Assembly: GCA_023515725.1 (NCBI GenBank)
Contig: JALDTO010000200.1
Coordinates: forward strand, 488,276-552,275
Source of the DNA: Amoeboaphelidium protococcarum X5
Taxonomy: Eukaryota > Fungi > Aphelidiomycota
DNA length: 64,000 nucleotides
Reading direction: 5' to 3'
Numbering within the stretch: position 1 is the first letter of the stretch; each line of letters opens with the position of its first letter. This document shows positions 1 to 12,242 of the stretch, in pieces. Under the pieces are notes generated by a model, which saw only the letters and a program-made list of their open reading frames with translations, did not search any database and was not told the DNA's origin. Both the position numbers and the translations under genes were made by a program.

Positions 1-305
1 AAGTCCTTACCCAGAAAACACAACTTCACAATCTCCACCAACACCTTGCCATTAGAGATCATATCTGCAGCATTTCTTGTCTGCTTCTCAATCAACAGCA
101 GCATATCAATAGCATCTTGCAGCTTTCCACTCTACACACTTTTGAGAATGTTAAAGGATATCGTATCGTTCTTACTACCTACACTACAAATTTCAAAACT
201 TACCTGAGCCAATTTTTCAGCCTTGGGTAAGACTTGAGCAACTTCATCAGCATAACTTTTCTGCATCTTCATATCACTACTACTACTACTACTTTCGACC
301 TCCAT
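1..305 (-). CDS. RPN5: 26S proteasome regulatory subunit Rpn5/PSMD12, 5' part (runs off window); intron 132-203
   Basis: MQKSYADEVAQVLPKAEKLAQ|SGKLQDAIDMLLLIEKQTRNAADMISNGKVLVEIVKLC matches the Rpn5 N-terminus (LEKQTR..SD motif); GTAAGT...TAG intron. Confidence 0.9.
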
Positions 306-554
306 ATTGACTGTAATTACTTCACTATGTTAAGCGTGCGCTCTTTTGATGACAAGAATGAGTGACGAGACGAGACAGAGAAAGAATAAGAGCGATTGGA
401 CACGATGGGAACGTGAAAGGAGGACAAGAGGGCGAGAGAAAAGGCGACCGCCGTTTCACCTCAATATGCGCGTATGTTCTGAAAATACAAAAGAAATAAC
501 AGGCTGTGAATATATATATATGCACTATAACAAAAACACAATTATAATATGGAA

Positions 555-1473
555 TCAATCGCTAATCGGAGATTGTTATGAATCAGAAGACGTGTCAACG
601 TGACTGTGCTGGAAGGAGAGGAATCTTTTGACGAATAGACGACATTAGTTGTCAGTTCTGCCATCAGTGAACTGAGCAATTGTCGTCCAATCGCGCCCGT
701 ACTGTTTATACAATTCCAGAATCATTCTAGCTTCATCTGGAGTAAATCTACCGCGTTTAATATCAGGCTTTGCAGAATTTCTGTATTTAAAGTAGCACTA
801 CCTCGGAGATTTAGTTCCAACATACTCGGCAATCATTGGCCACCGCGACTATCCACCCAAATCGGCATTTTCATCAAGAAGATATTTCTCGGTGGCTTCA
901 TTCAATTTTCTCAGTTCATCGACAGACCATCTATCGTACGCAAATTTCCTCTTCGTAAAAGAGCTTTTCTTAATCTCTATATCTTTCTATTTCTTTCCAC
1001 CCTTGACAATCTAATCATCAACGATATAATCTTCTAAATTTTGCGATTACAGCTAGTCTTCACTACTAGATATAGCGTATCTTTCGTTATCAATCAAAGG
1101 TATACTGTTGTACACAGATTCATTGGGACGCACACACCATTTCATCATACGCCACTATGAATAGACAGACGGAGTGCTTCGATCTAGAATTTAAGCAATT
1201 TAAGTGTACTTCAACGGGGGTTTGAGTTACAATTCATTCAATTATTCAGAAATTTATTCAAATGCAGATTCATACAGCGGCGGTGGCTATAAGGCAGTCT
1301 TCATGTATGTCAATTTCACTCTTTCATCCAGAGTCCATATCTTTGCTCTGCTAGTTATTAAAGATCTAAAATTTACTACTCTATTAAGTGCAAAGAATCT
1401 GAATTATAAAGAATATTAAGATATCATGATCTCCCAGCTTTTGTTTAACTACCGAAATACGTTAACTGACCAT
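555..1473 (-). CDS. Multi-repeat Myb/SANT DNA-binding protein (5' end uncertain)
   Basis: WSVDELRKL...WPMIAEYVGTKSPRQCYFKYRNSAKPDIKRGRFTPDEARMILELYKQYGRDWTTIAQFTDGRTDNQC; the conserved Q in RQC is TAG and in DNQC is TAA; TGA at 555-557. Confidence 0.85.
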
Positions 1474-1687
1474 TCGCGCAAAAGAGAAAATTCAATCGAG
1501 AGCTCAGGGGCGCGTTTGTTTGAGGTGAGGCTTCTATTTACTTGTAAATCATGAGCTTTATCATACCCCAAAGCTCCCACAAGTGAATAAAGAGGTAATG
1601 AAGCAACGACAAATTAAGATTGTATTTGAGAAAAGAGCGCAAATGAGAATCACATACAGTTCAATATGTACAGTTTTCTTAAAGCGT

Positions 1688-2848
1688 TCAATCTGCAGTT
1701 TCAATGTCAGCTGCTTTGATCATATCCCATTCATCATCTTCCAGTTAATCTGCGGTATTCACACTAGTAGAATTGTCCTGTTACACGTCAGCGATCATAT
1801 CTTTGAACCTCAGATAATCAGATTATAAAAGTCGCTGACAGATTAAGAGAGAATCATTGGTAACTGTCACCTTGTACAGTTTAAATTGTTGAACCATAAC
1901 TGTCAAGAGCTTTTCTTTGAATTCCAGATTACTTTGAGGATTATACTCGAGAATTTACTAGCCATTAAGACTTGTAAGCAGAGAAATTAGAGATTAGAAG
2001 AGGGATTACGCGTTATCTACAGGACATTAATGGACTTCCAACAACCATTATAAAAGATAAATGAAACAACAGAGGCCAATGAGACTGTGAGAATCATAAA
2101 GTTTACTCGACTTGAACAGAGGTAGAATTAACGGATGTTTAGATAGAAGCATTTAAGTCACGCAGATATGAGGTGCGCCGTTTATACACAGCAATTCAAA
2201 GGGACAGATAGTCGCTATTTATACTAACTCGCCTGCAACGGTATTCAAATGCAAGTAATTCATCAGAACTTTTGTAACTTGGGCAGCCTAATTAACAACT
2301 GCATTATACTGGTGTTTAGACAATGTCTTGAACATTTATGCATCATCCACAATAAAGGAGAAGAATGTAAACAGATTCTGCCTACTACCTTTCTAAAGTA
2401 AATTCAGATTAATCAATGCTTAAAGTTGAGACAGTAATTTGTCTCTTTAAGTTGTAATCTGTTCAAGTTGAGGCATGGTGGATAAATCACTCGAATCTTC
2501 AACAATATTCAGATTCCTCCTCCTGTCTAAACTCTGGCGGAGTTAATGCAGCCTGTCAGACTATGAAGCCAATGTCTTTTTATGAGATTAAACTTTTTTC
2601 TTTATAGCATCTATCCGTTATTGTGCATTCTTTACCAAATTTGACTTTATCAAAATTTAAGATCTCAGTTCAAGCCGCTATTAATTCACGAGTTACTGCT
2701 GTTCATTTTCTTTGATCTCATTAAAAATCCTCTCCTTCTCCTTGTCAAATATCGCATACTCAGACCCATAAAATTCTACCAATGTACCGCAGCAATTAGT
2801 ACAAACATATTTAGACTCTTTTTCTGTGTGACAAAGCTGGCAATTCAT
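1688..2848 (-). CDS. Atg14/UVRAG-like PI3K class III complex subunit (386 aa)
   Basis: N-terminal CxxC...CxxC (MNCQLCHTEKESKYVCTNCC) then coiled coil; C-terminal acidic LIR-like DDEWDMI; single frame with TAR=Q. Confidence 0.6.
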
Positions 2849-3080
2849 TAGATGATATTAAGACTTTATTATTCGAGTCGTTTCATCTCACATTTCAAAG
2901 GAAAAAGAAATTCTGAAACAGCGAACGATCAGAACACCTCTACGAAACTAAAGCCTTACGCGTTAGCGATCTCGGTGTAATGAGCAATGAGTCAAGCATA
3001 AACTTCAACTTTTTACTACTTAAAGTAGATAAGTTAAAAGATCAAAATAAACTAATAATTTTTATGATTACACGCAGACT

Positions 3081-5963
3081 TCAATTTTGATTCTTCTTGA
3101 ATTTCTTCGCCTACATCTCAGCCATCATCATCGCAATCGGGTCCATGACTTTCGGCTTTGGTGGGTTGCCAGATGATGATGCATCGCCGCTCCCTTGCTC
3201 GGCCTTCTTCAACTTCTTGTTCTGAATCTCGGACAATAGATTTGATGGAGCTGATGAAGTTGAATCTGCAGACGACGTGTTTCCAGTCATGGATCCTGAA
3301 ATAGGCATTGGAGGTGGAGGCGGCGGTGGCACAGAAGACGCTCCTGGCAAAGATGGAGGCGGTGGTGGTGGAGGTGGTATGTTCGCATTTGAATTCAAAA
3401 ACTGTGACTAGGCAGACGGCGGCGGAGGAGGTGGCGGCGGAATAGAGGACTGACTAAAGCTAGGCGTCGTGTCAAAAGACTTATTCAACAACTTTGCTTG
3501 TAAATCTTCAATCTCCTACTCTTTCTACTTGAGCTGAGAAGCTGCCGACTCATACTTTACGCGATAAGATTCCAATAACTCGCTGCTAGATTACTGAGCA
3601 GCAGCCAACTTTCCAGCCGAATCATCGATCTCCTTAAGACTAGCAGTAAGAGACTGAAGCTCCAATGTTTTCTCCTCGTTTACACACTTTAGTTGAGTGA
3701 CTTCGGATTTCAATTGATTCTTAAAAGTCAAAGTTTCGACCAATTCTTACTTCAAAGCTTTAATCTCCACTTCACGCTCCATTAATTATGCCTTCAAAGA
3801 TTGCATATCCTGATACAATGCCGAGTCCTTTGGCTACTACAACAAAGATCCTTTCTAACTCTGCAGCTTATCATTCTCTTAAAGTAGTGACTTGATTTCC
3901 TTCTTTTGGCTCTCCTACTACTAAACTGCGCCTTACAGCTAAGTCTTCAAGCCCGCGTTATCAGTAGTGACCTGATTCAACTACGCCTGTAGAGATTCGG
4001 ACATTTATTAGAAAGCAACCATCTACGAAGAACATTCAGAAAGCTTTTTGATCAGCTCCTACTTCTCCTTTACAAGAATACATTTGGCATTATCTTAACT
4101 TTGTTTGTCATCTGCGCATTGCTATTTCAATTGTTAATTTTCCAACTTAAGTTCCTACAACTGCGCAGTCAGAGCCTAAGTCTCGCCTTGACTCATATCA
4201 TGCTACTTAGCTTTAGCAGCCTTTAATTGAACCTCCAGATCTTTAACCTTCTTCTCGTACAGCTCAAGATGATTCTGTAGAGATGATAATTGGGCGTTTG
4301 CATCTTCTAAATCAGAACTTTGCTCATTAAAAGTGGAGACTATGCCCTTCACAAGTCCGTTCGCACTGAGCAGAGTCTCGTGGCAGTTTCCATCCAACAC
4401 GATCTTGGACTGCTTGCCAGCAATCTACTACAGAGCCAAACAGAGCTACTTAACGAGAGCCTAAGTCTTCTGCTCGGACTGCTAGTATTATTGACATTCT
4501 TTCTCCATTTCACGATATGCGGCAGAGTTCTACTGATTCAAGCCTTTTACCAATGATGTCTCAGCCAACAAATCCTCATACAACTTCTTATACTTTTACT
4601 CATCCAACGCAGCTATCTTTGCCAAAGAGACACTTTCCTAATTTAAACTGGATTAGCGGGCACTTGAAGGCAATTCAACCTTTTTCTAATTCAGAGTGGG
4701 CACGGAAGGCGCGACAAGATCTTCAGGAGGTGGTGAGAACAATGGCACTGGCGGTGGCAGGTCTTCAATCACTGGAGGAGATGGTAAATCCTCATCAGAA
4801 GGAGTAGGAACATTGCGGTCCAATTTAAATGGACTCATATCCACCTGAATCTTGGAGTGTCTCTTGGTTGGCTCCAAAGTCTGGGTGGTGATTGCAATAG
4901 GCTTAAGCTTGGACAACTCGATCTGGTATATGGTGTTTGACTCCGCAGCAGGGCCTCCTTATGATCCCCCCAGAATAAGCATTCTATCTTTGTGCACTAT
5001 AACAGAGTGATCACTAAGGGGATACTTGAGATTGCCGACAAAGGTCCACGTATTGCTAGAGAGGTCAAGCATCCAAATATCGTCCAACTCTTTACCTTCG
5101 AAATTCTTACCACCACAAATGATCATGGAGTCTTTATAGATGACGGCAGCATGCTGGTATCGGGAGCCAGGACCATGCTGCACATCAGACATATCAAGCC
5201 TGGTCCATACGAACTTGGTAGTATCGAATATCCACACATCATCAAGACAATCATAAGCACACTCACCACCGCATACCACCAGATTGGATCCATGAGCCAC
5301 CATGGAGGCATAAGCTCTAGGACATGGCGCGTCACCTTACTCATGCAACGACCCAGTGGAAGCAATCTGCCATCTGATTACACCAGCGCTAAAATCCAGG
5401 ACATTCAGAGCATTAGAGTATCCATCAGCAGCAGTAAGACCACCAAACACATACATACATCCCTTCATTTATACCGCCTAGTGTCCATAGCGAGGATCAA
5501 TATCGGACTGGCCTTGCACTCTGGGACGAGCCCATGATCTAGTCTATGCATTAAAGCTGTACACGGCATCATCCAATTCACGACTCTTTGTCATGCCACC
5601 ATACACATACATTTTACCATCAGGCATCAACACGGAGCTGTGGTAAACTCTCTCAGAAGGGCGCGATCCAGTCACCTAAAATAGATCCTTCTTATTACTG
5701 ATCGCCGCAGACTTGCCATCCACATTGGACACTCCGACAGCGAAATTCCACAGCCCGCTCATCGTAAGTAAATGTAGATCACTACAAGCATGGCCATCAT
5801 CAGTCATGCCTCCAAACAAGATGACTTCTTTATCATTCAAACACGCAGACATGCCCTGTTTTGGGAATGGACCACATCCGCCCACTTTCTTACTGGTTGC
5901 AACGACGTGTTTGTCCCCGGCACCACTATTACCGCTATTACCTCCAATCAATTTCTGCAACAT
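3081..5963 (-). CDS. Kelch-repeat, coiled-coil, polyproline, WH2 protein (960 aa, intronless)
   Basis: Kelch repeats (VILFGG, MYVYGG, LVVCGG, MIICGG, MLILGG with W at repeat ends); long coiled coil; P7-P8 tracts; WH2-like NLLSEIQNKKLKKA; five ORF-track fragments join in one frame. Confidence 0.85.
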
Positions 5964-6429
5964 GCGTTATCTTCGGCAGATTTTAATTTAATACACTTGT
6001 TTGTATTAAATACGATGCAGACAATATTAAACTAATCTGAAGCAGGAAAAGGAGTCATGGCGAGTAGTTGGCGTAAGTGTAATATAAAATCTGGCGTATG
6101 ACCCCTGAATGAATTTCCCAATTTGGTATGATTCTTCCACTTGCAATAGGTGGCTTAACTCAGATATCAAAAGTTGGAAATTCTGGACTTATAAAACGCT
6201 ATATTTCACTAAAAATCTCTATTATGTCATACAAATGGGTGGGGATTTTAAAAGTAGATACTGTCATAGAGAGCTTATAGAAGAGTTCTTATGTCTGACT
6301 GATCATCACCGGTGTTACGTTATTATTACGCGCCGATTCTGTTTCACATCTCTCCTTATTCATTCATTGTCTGAGCTGAGGCTTTAGAGAATATTATTCA
6401 AACAATTATTTCACCTAGTAAGAGCTGCA

Positions 6430-8673
6430 ATGGATGATATAACGGATAAATTAGCTAGTGCATCCTAGCTGTTTAATGATAAGTAGTGGCGAGTAAGATT
6501 TTACTATAATAGTCTGGGAAGCTAATCTCTAGTTAGTGTAGTCTGCATATGAATAGTATCTGTCTTGCGTTGAAACGATTGTTCAATAACTAAAGTAATT
6601 GCCTTAAAATATAAATGAAGAGTAGCGTAAGATTTCTTTATCCTTCTTTATCACACTTGTATTATTAGTAATATGTATGTAGTGACTATGGCGTAAGATG
6701 ATGCATCTGATATTGCGTAATTGTTCAACGTTTGTCACACTTGCTTGTCACTCGCTGAAACGACTTTTGATAATCTAAAGGTGCCACGTAATGCCAAGTT
6801 CCCTGGAGTTCGCAAAGTAAAATCGCTTGCTCCTGATCCAATTAATTACTCTATCTCGTCGTCTGCTGCTGGTGATTAGGCATAGTTTACTCCTCTTAAG
6901 CGAAAATTTAGGCATCGCAAATCTTAGAGTTTGAGTGATTAGGTGGTGAATTTGAGACGAAGTGTCACATCTTTGAAAGATACGGACGACATCGATTCTT
7001 TATCTAAATGTAGTTCGAATTAGATTTCTAATCTTCTTAAATTATTGGAATAGGGCGAATTTGTTTAAGTGGAAGTATATAATACGACTGATCATCCAGA
7101 TTTCGTATCTTTTGAGTAATTGTTTATTCAGAATAGTCTGGAATCTTTAGCTTCCTCTGTAGTAAAATCAGATGTAGTATCACCTAGAGCCAGTGTCCCG
7201 TCTCTGACGATAAAATAGTCTCCCATCATTAAAGAGTCTTAACTACTTTAGTAGAGCATTGATGAGAAAAGTATGATGCTCCTAAAATAACAAGACTCCA
7301 ACTCTAATGTAAAAATTGATTTTAAACTGTCTAGAATTATTACTGAAATTCGTCAATAGTTGATAGAACTGGAATTTATAGAGCGCGAGTGTTCATTAGA
7401 GAATATAACAAAACTTAATCCATCTGTGATGGCTTTGACTATTACCGCTGTGGATCAAGTTCTGTTCAAACAACTCCAATGTAAAACTGATTTCATATCT
7501 CACTCATCCAAAGTCACCAATATTAATGTCTCTCGTCTTATTGACTGGTTCAATTATTTGACGCGTCTGGTGGAAGTGACATGCATTCTGCAAGACTAGT
7601 CGCATACACATGTTAATAGCAAGATATCTAGTCAATAGTGGTGGATAAAGGTCGCGTCATGTCTTTAGGATCTACAGAATTACAACAGCCTTAAAGCAGT
7701 CATAAGTGGATTGACGTCTTATAATGTACAGTAATTGATACCTTCAACCAAGTAAACAAATAAGAAGTATCAAGATAAACTTGCTCAGCTGTAAGCCATT
7801 GTGAGTGAGAATGACAATTATGCAGAATATCGAAAAGTGATGTCTCAAGTAAATCCGCCTGCTATTCCATTCTTTGGTGTTGTGATTTATGACACGTCAT
7901 ACGCCAGTGCTAGCAAGCAGCTGGTATCTGCACAAATGTCTGATCCTACTCCGTCCTCCCAATCGAAAACAACGCTGGCATAAGGTCTGATGCGACGTAG
8001 TAGACAGCGTCCAGTATCTGTGAGTGAACAACGACTCTAGGAGCAACTCTTTCAACTGTAGTCTCTATAATTCAATACACATTATGAAGAGACTGATATG
8101 GCGAAAAAGCTATTGCCAAAGGATGTGGGTGACAGCCGGTATTTATTGCTTAAAGCTGCCCATTGCCTGTTGTCTTAATAGTATGTTACTGATGATCTAT
8201 TGGCTTAACTGAGGTAGACTTCAAATGATAAGATCTTGTCTATAAGTCAAACTGCATCATCTAAGCTTTCAAGTCAGTAGTAATCAACTAGTAATTACAC
8301 TCTCTGGTCCGCCTTATCTGCTTCTAAAGAGTCTATATTCTCTCGATAACGGCGCTCTCACAGTATATCTGTGGCTGAATCGTCAAAGACTACGTTCAAA
8401 TTACAAATGGACAATGCCTCAACTACTGCTCAACAGTAAGATTAGTCCAGCGCTGAACAAGATCCCTCACTAAATTTGTCAAGTTCTTCATAAATTTCAG
8501 TCGCCTCATCAGCGTCGTTATAATCCCCATCATCTTAATCCAATGTGGCCAAGAGTCCTCGTTAATCCGTCAGCCTGAATGCAAGAGCTCGCTTGAAGGC
8601 TTTCACTTCTGGCGGTGAGCGATAACGCAGTAGAACTGTTAGTGACAACTCTAGAAGTATTGCACAAGATTGA
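6430..8673 (+). CDS. RasGEF (CDC25-type) domain protein; two probable 5' introns
   Basis: LTITAVDQVLFKQL...LIDWFNYLTRLV...WIKVASCLQDLQNYNSLKAVISGL...NYAEYRKVM...PPAIPFFGVVIYD; TGA at 8671. Confidence 0.85.
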
Positions 8674-8760
8674 TCTGGTACTAGTCAAGAAATTGTTGAA
8701 TATAATCTTGCCAAAAAATATAATGCTGCTATATTGTACTATAAATTCTTAAAATTCAAA

Positions 8761-9543
8761 TCAAATCAAATTGCTAACTTTTTTCATGACCACATAGAAG
8801 AGAAGAGACAAGACGATGGCCAGCATAAAGTCAATCATTGAAGACTGTCGCGCTGGTTGAGGAAGTTAGACTGACCGATTTACTACAGGCGCAGTGGCGA
8901 CCGGAGAGGATTAATTCACCGAAGCTTATAGTCTCTAACGTATTGCAGATTCCTCATCTTTGCGCTAACTGAGAGGTGAAGATAGATTTTACTAAGGTAA
9001 ATTGCTCCCGGAATTTACGCTCTAATGAACATCACTACTTTACTACACTATCCGCTTGATGATATCGCGATTACTCCTCTGGCAGTGATTACAGGTCCAC
9101 ATTACAGACTCTTTGGCTAGTCGCAATCGCTCATCATCAGTCCAGTCCAATCCACCTACAGCTCCTTCGCTCGGCTATGGGAAAAAGGATCGCAGCGCAA
9201 CCAACGCCGCACGTACATCCCACGCAGCTGACCATGACTCTGGATGATAGCCGGTGATTGACAAGCAAATCTTCTTGCCCACCTCAAATCGCCCATTAGG
9301 TGTAAGCATGATAATATGCGGTGGCTTGAAAGGATAATCAGGAGGCAGAATTATTCGGCCATGATAAATACCATCCTGAAATGCAGAATTCTCCGGCCCT
9401 TTGATGGTGAAATGCCACTCAAATAAATTATCATCTCCAACAGGATGAGCCTCATATTCAGGCGCCAAGTCCTTCTACATGACCTGCCACTCTTTCAATA
9501 TCCGCTTTATCGAAGCATTAGATTTATTGAACGTAGTTGCCAT
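8761..9543 (-). CDS. UBC6: ER tail-anchored ubiquitin-conjugating enzyme Ubc6/UBE2J (260 aa)
   Basis: DNLFEWHFTIKGP...YHGRIILPPDYPFKPP...TPNGRFEVGKKICLSITGYHPESW; C-terminal TM helix. Confidence 0.92.
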
Positions 9544-9801
9544 TATTACAGTAATAATCAAGGAGAAACAATGCAGCGAGATTTACTGTTTCAAAGATTG
9601 TATCAATAGTTAACGAAGAGAATGACGATAGAGATAAAAGAAACAAGAGCAACGAATCAAAGCCGCCGTGAATAGAAACAATTGGCAACGATCACGAGAT
9701 TTTTCCAGCGAAATAGCAAAGGAAATCAAGTTATAAAAAAATGTAAATACCAAAGGCCGTGATTATCTATTTATTGTCATAAAAATGCAACACATTCAAA
9801 G

Positions 9802-11582
9802 TCATAGTGGAGGCAATCCAATGGAGTGACGAATTTTGAAAATGAGCGCACGCTGGGAAAACTGATCATTGGACAACTTTCGCACCTATTTCAAATATGC
9901 CGCATCCTCCTTGATTGCGCCATTATAAAATGCTTGAGACACTGTGTACATCAAATCTTACAACGCCAAGTCTTCGGCTACAACTTCAATCAACTAATTC
10001 GCCACTTTTTACGTGACTAATACTTACTGAGGTTAGATAGATGGAATTATGGGAATCAATTAATCCACTACCGCTATGGATTATCGATCATTTAGAGCTT
10101 ATTATTGTTACTTGGCCTAAGCATCGAGATATTATACCAGTTCCTAGCGCTTGACATCAATTTAATCTTTCCACTTTCTATACTGATCCTATTCTGATCG
10201 TATGCGTTACAGTTCACGCTCAGTGCTTTCTTGAGATTACAACAGCTTCTAATTCAGATCCAGTAGGACATTTACACCACAATCTGAATCAGGCTGAACG
10301 TATCCAAGACTTTATAACTCGGAAGTGTCAACTACTTATTTCTAATCCTCTTTAAATCTTTTCGCTTTATCCAAAAGGGCAGACTTCATAGACATTACCA
10401 TGATGGCGTCTTCATCAATCACAGGCTGCTGTTAATACTACTGCGACTGACCTTACTGTTATGGCCTCTGTAAGGCTGATGGCTACTAAGAAGAGGTAGT
10501 ATAAGCAGATGATGAACTATTCTACCTCCTTAATTCACCCAGCGGAGGCGGACTTTACAAATTAACAGCTTCTGGCATACTCAAATTAGTCAATGATGCA
10601 CCTTACTATCCTGTATTAGAATGTCTAGATGGTATATTGAGAGTGTTAGATCCACCATAAGGTCGACCAGTAGTGCTATTATAGACAGAGCCAGACTAAC
10701 CATATGCATGCTCACTCTGAGGTCTATGAGGTAAAGTATTACTAGTAGTAGCGTATGGATTGTAAGAAGGCTAATAAGCAGGCAGACTTTCAGCATTAGA
10801 TGCAGCACCAGTAGGTCGACTAGACAATAAACTTGCAGGCACGGATAAGGAACTAGATAAAGTACTCATATTATAAGGCCCTGATTATGGGTACTACTAT
10901 TAACCAAAAGATGGCATATAAGGAGATCCCGCATTTGTAGGTGAAGTAACATAACCACTACCTACAGACTATTACTAATAAGGGTGTTGATTTTAATGAT
11001 GCTACGATGACTATTAATAAGATGATGAAGTACCACTGCCCGCACTAGATATTGATGGCGATGGTGAAGCTGATCGTCTACTATATACAGGAGGCTCAAT
11101 ACTGAAGGCTGCCTGCATTTTCTCAATGATGGACACCAGAGAATAGTCGCTCCTATTCCACTCTCTACCAACACATGGGTGGATATACTAGCCAGATTAA
11201 TCAACATTGACACTCGGCCTAATGACCATATTAAAAGTTGGCTGTACCAGACAGAGGGGAGGTGAATTGGGATACGGTGGTGGAATCTTTACGCAAATCG
11301 GTATATTGTATGTGCTTCCACGGTACTACACAGGAATTGTGCCACTAAATACAAGCACCGTCTACATCTTACCATTCACCAGCACCACATCACTACTTGG
11401 TTGCAAGGCTGGATATTTATTTAGAACTTGATCACTATCCTTCTAGACTCGAGTAAAGTTGACATACTACAAATAACATCTTTACAATAAATTCAAATGA
11501 ATGAAATCAAATTTTAATGAGCATAAACTAAAAGGGGACTAACCTGCTATGCCTGCTTCTTCACAATCTACTTTCTATCCAT
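9802..11582 (-). CDS. VPS23: ESCRT-I subunit Vps23/TSG101; one 5' intron
   Basis: UEV domain LVFSGTIPVQYRGSTYNIPICVKIPPPYPNSPP; P/Q/Y-rich linker; coiled coil; steadiness box AEDLALQDLMYTV...YLKQVRKLSNDQFSQRAL. Confidence 0.9.
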
Positions 11583-12242
11583 ATGAATTGTACGCAACTG
11601 ATATAAAAGGTTGAAACTTGATCAAATATACGCTATAATACAATAACTCTGACCTATTTATCTGTATTATGCGTACGGTACACAAAGAACGGACGGAGAA
11701 AGGAAACAGTTTCTAATTACAGTAAAGTACAGTACAATGTTCAAGGAAAGGTGAAGCGATGACGCGAGCTGGAAAGTCACAACGCGGAGGGGGAGAGTGA
11801 CCATTGATCAATCACTTGTCGTTTCACTTTAATATTGCAGCAGTACAATTTACACATCATTACTGTATACGGTACAGTTTCTTGTATTTGTTGACTTTAC
11901 TAACCACTAATTGATTTCATACTCTGGCGCGAGTTGAAACGCGTTGCGTCTTCATTCTATGATTATACTCCATAAACAGCTGTTTGTCTGGAATGGGACG
12001 ACTTCATCTAATGTTCTCTTACTTATTGTCCAAATTAACTTCAATGTCTTTTGATATATTTTTACTTGGTCATACTTTGTTATCTTTTAATGCTTAACGT
12101 TAATAAGTGCACAGTCTCTATGGATGAGGATTCTTGTTGTCAAGGTAATCATAATGAACCTTATTTGTCTAATTTCCATCTTTTAGTGCATTTATAGACT
12201 ACTGCGTGTTGATATAATACAGCCTTCAATAGATATCGGATA

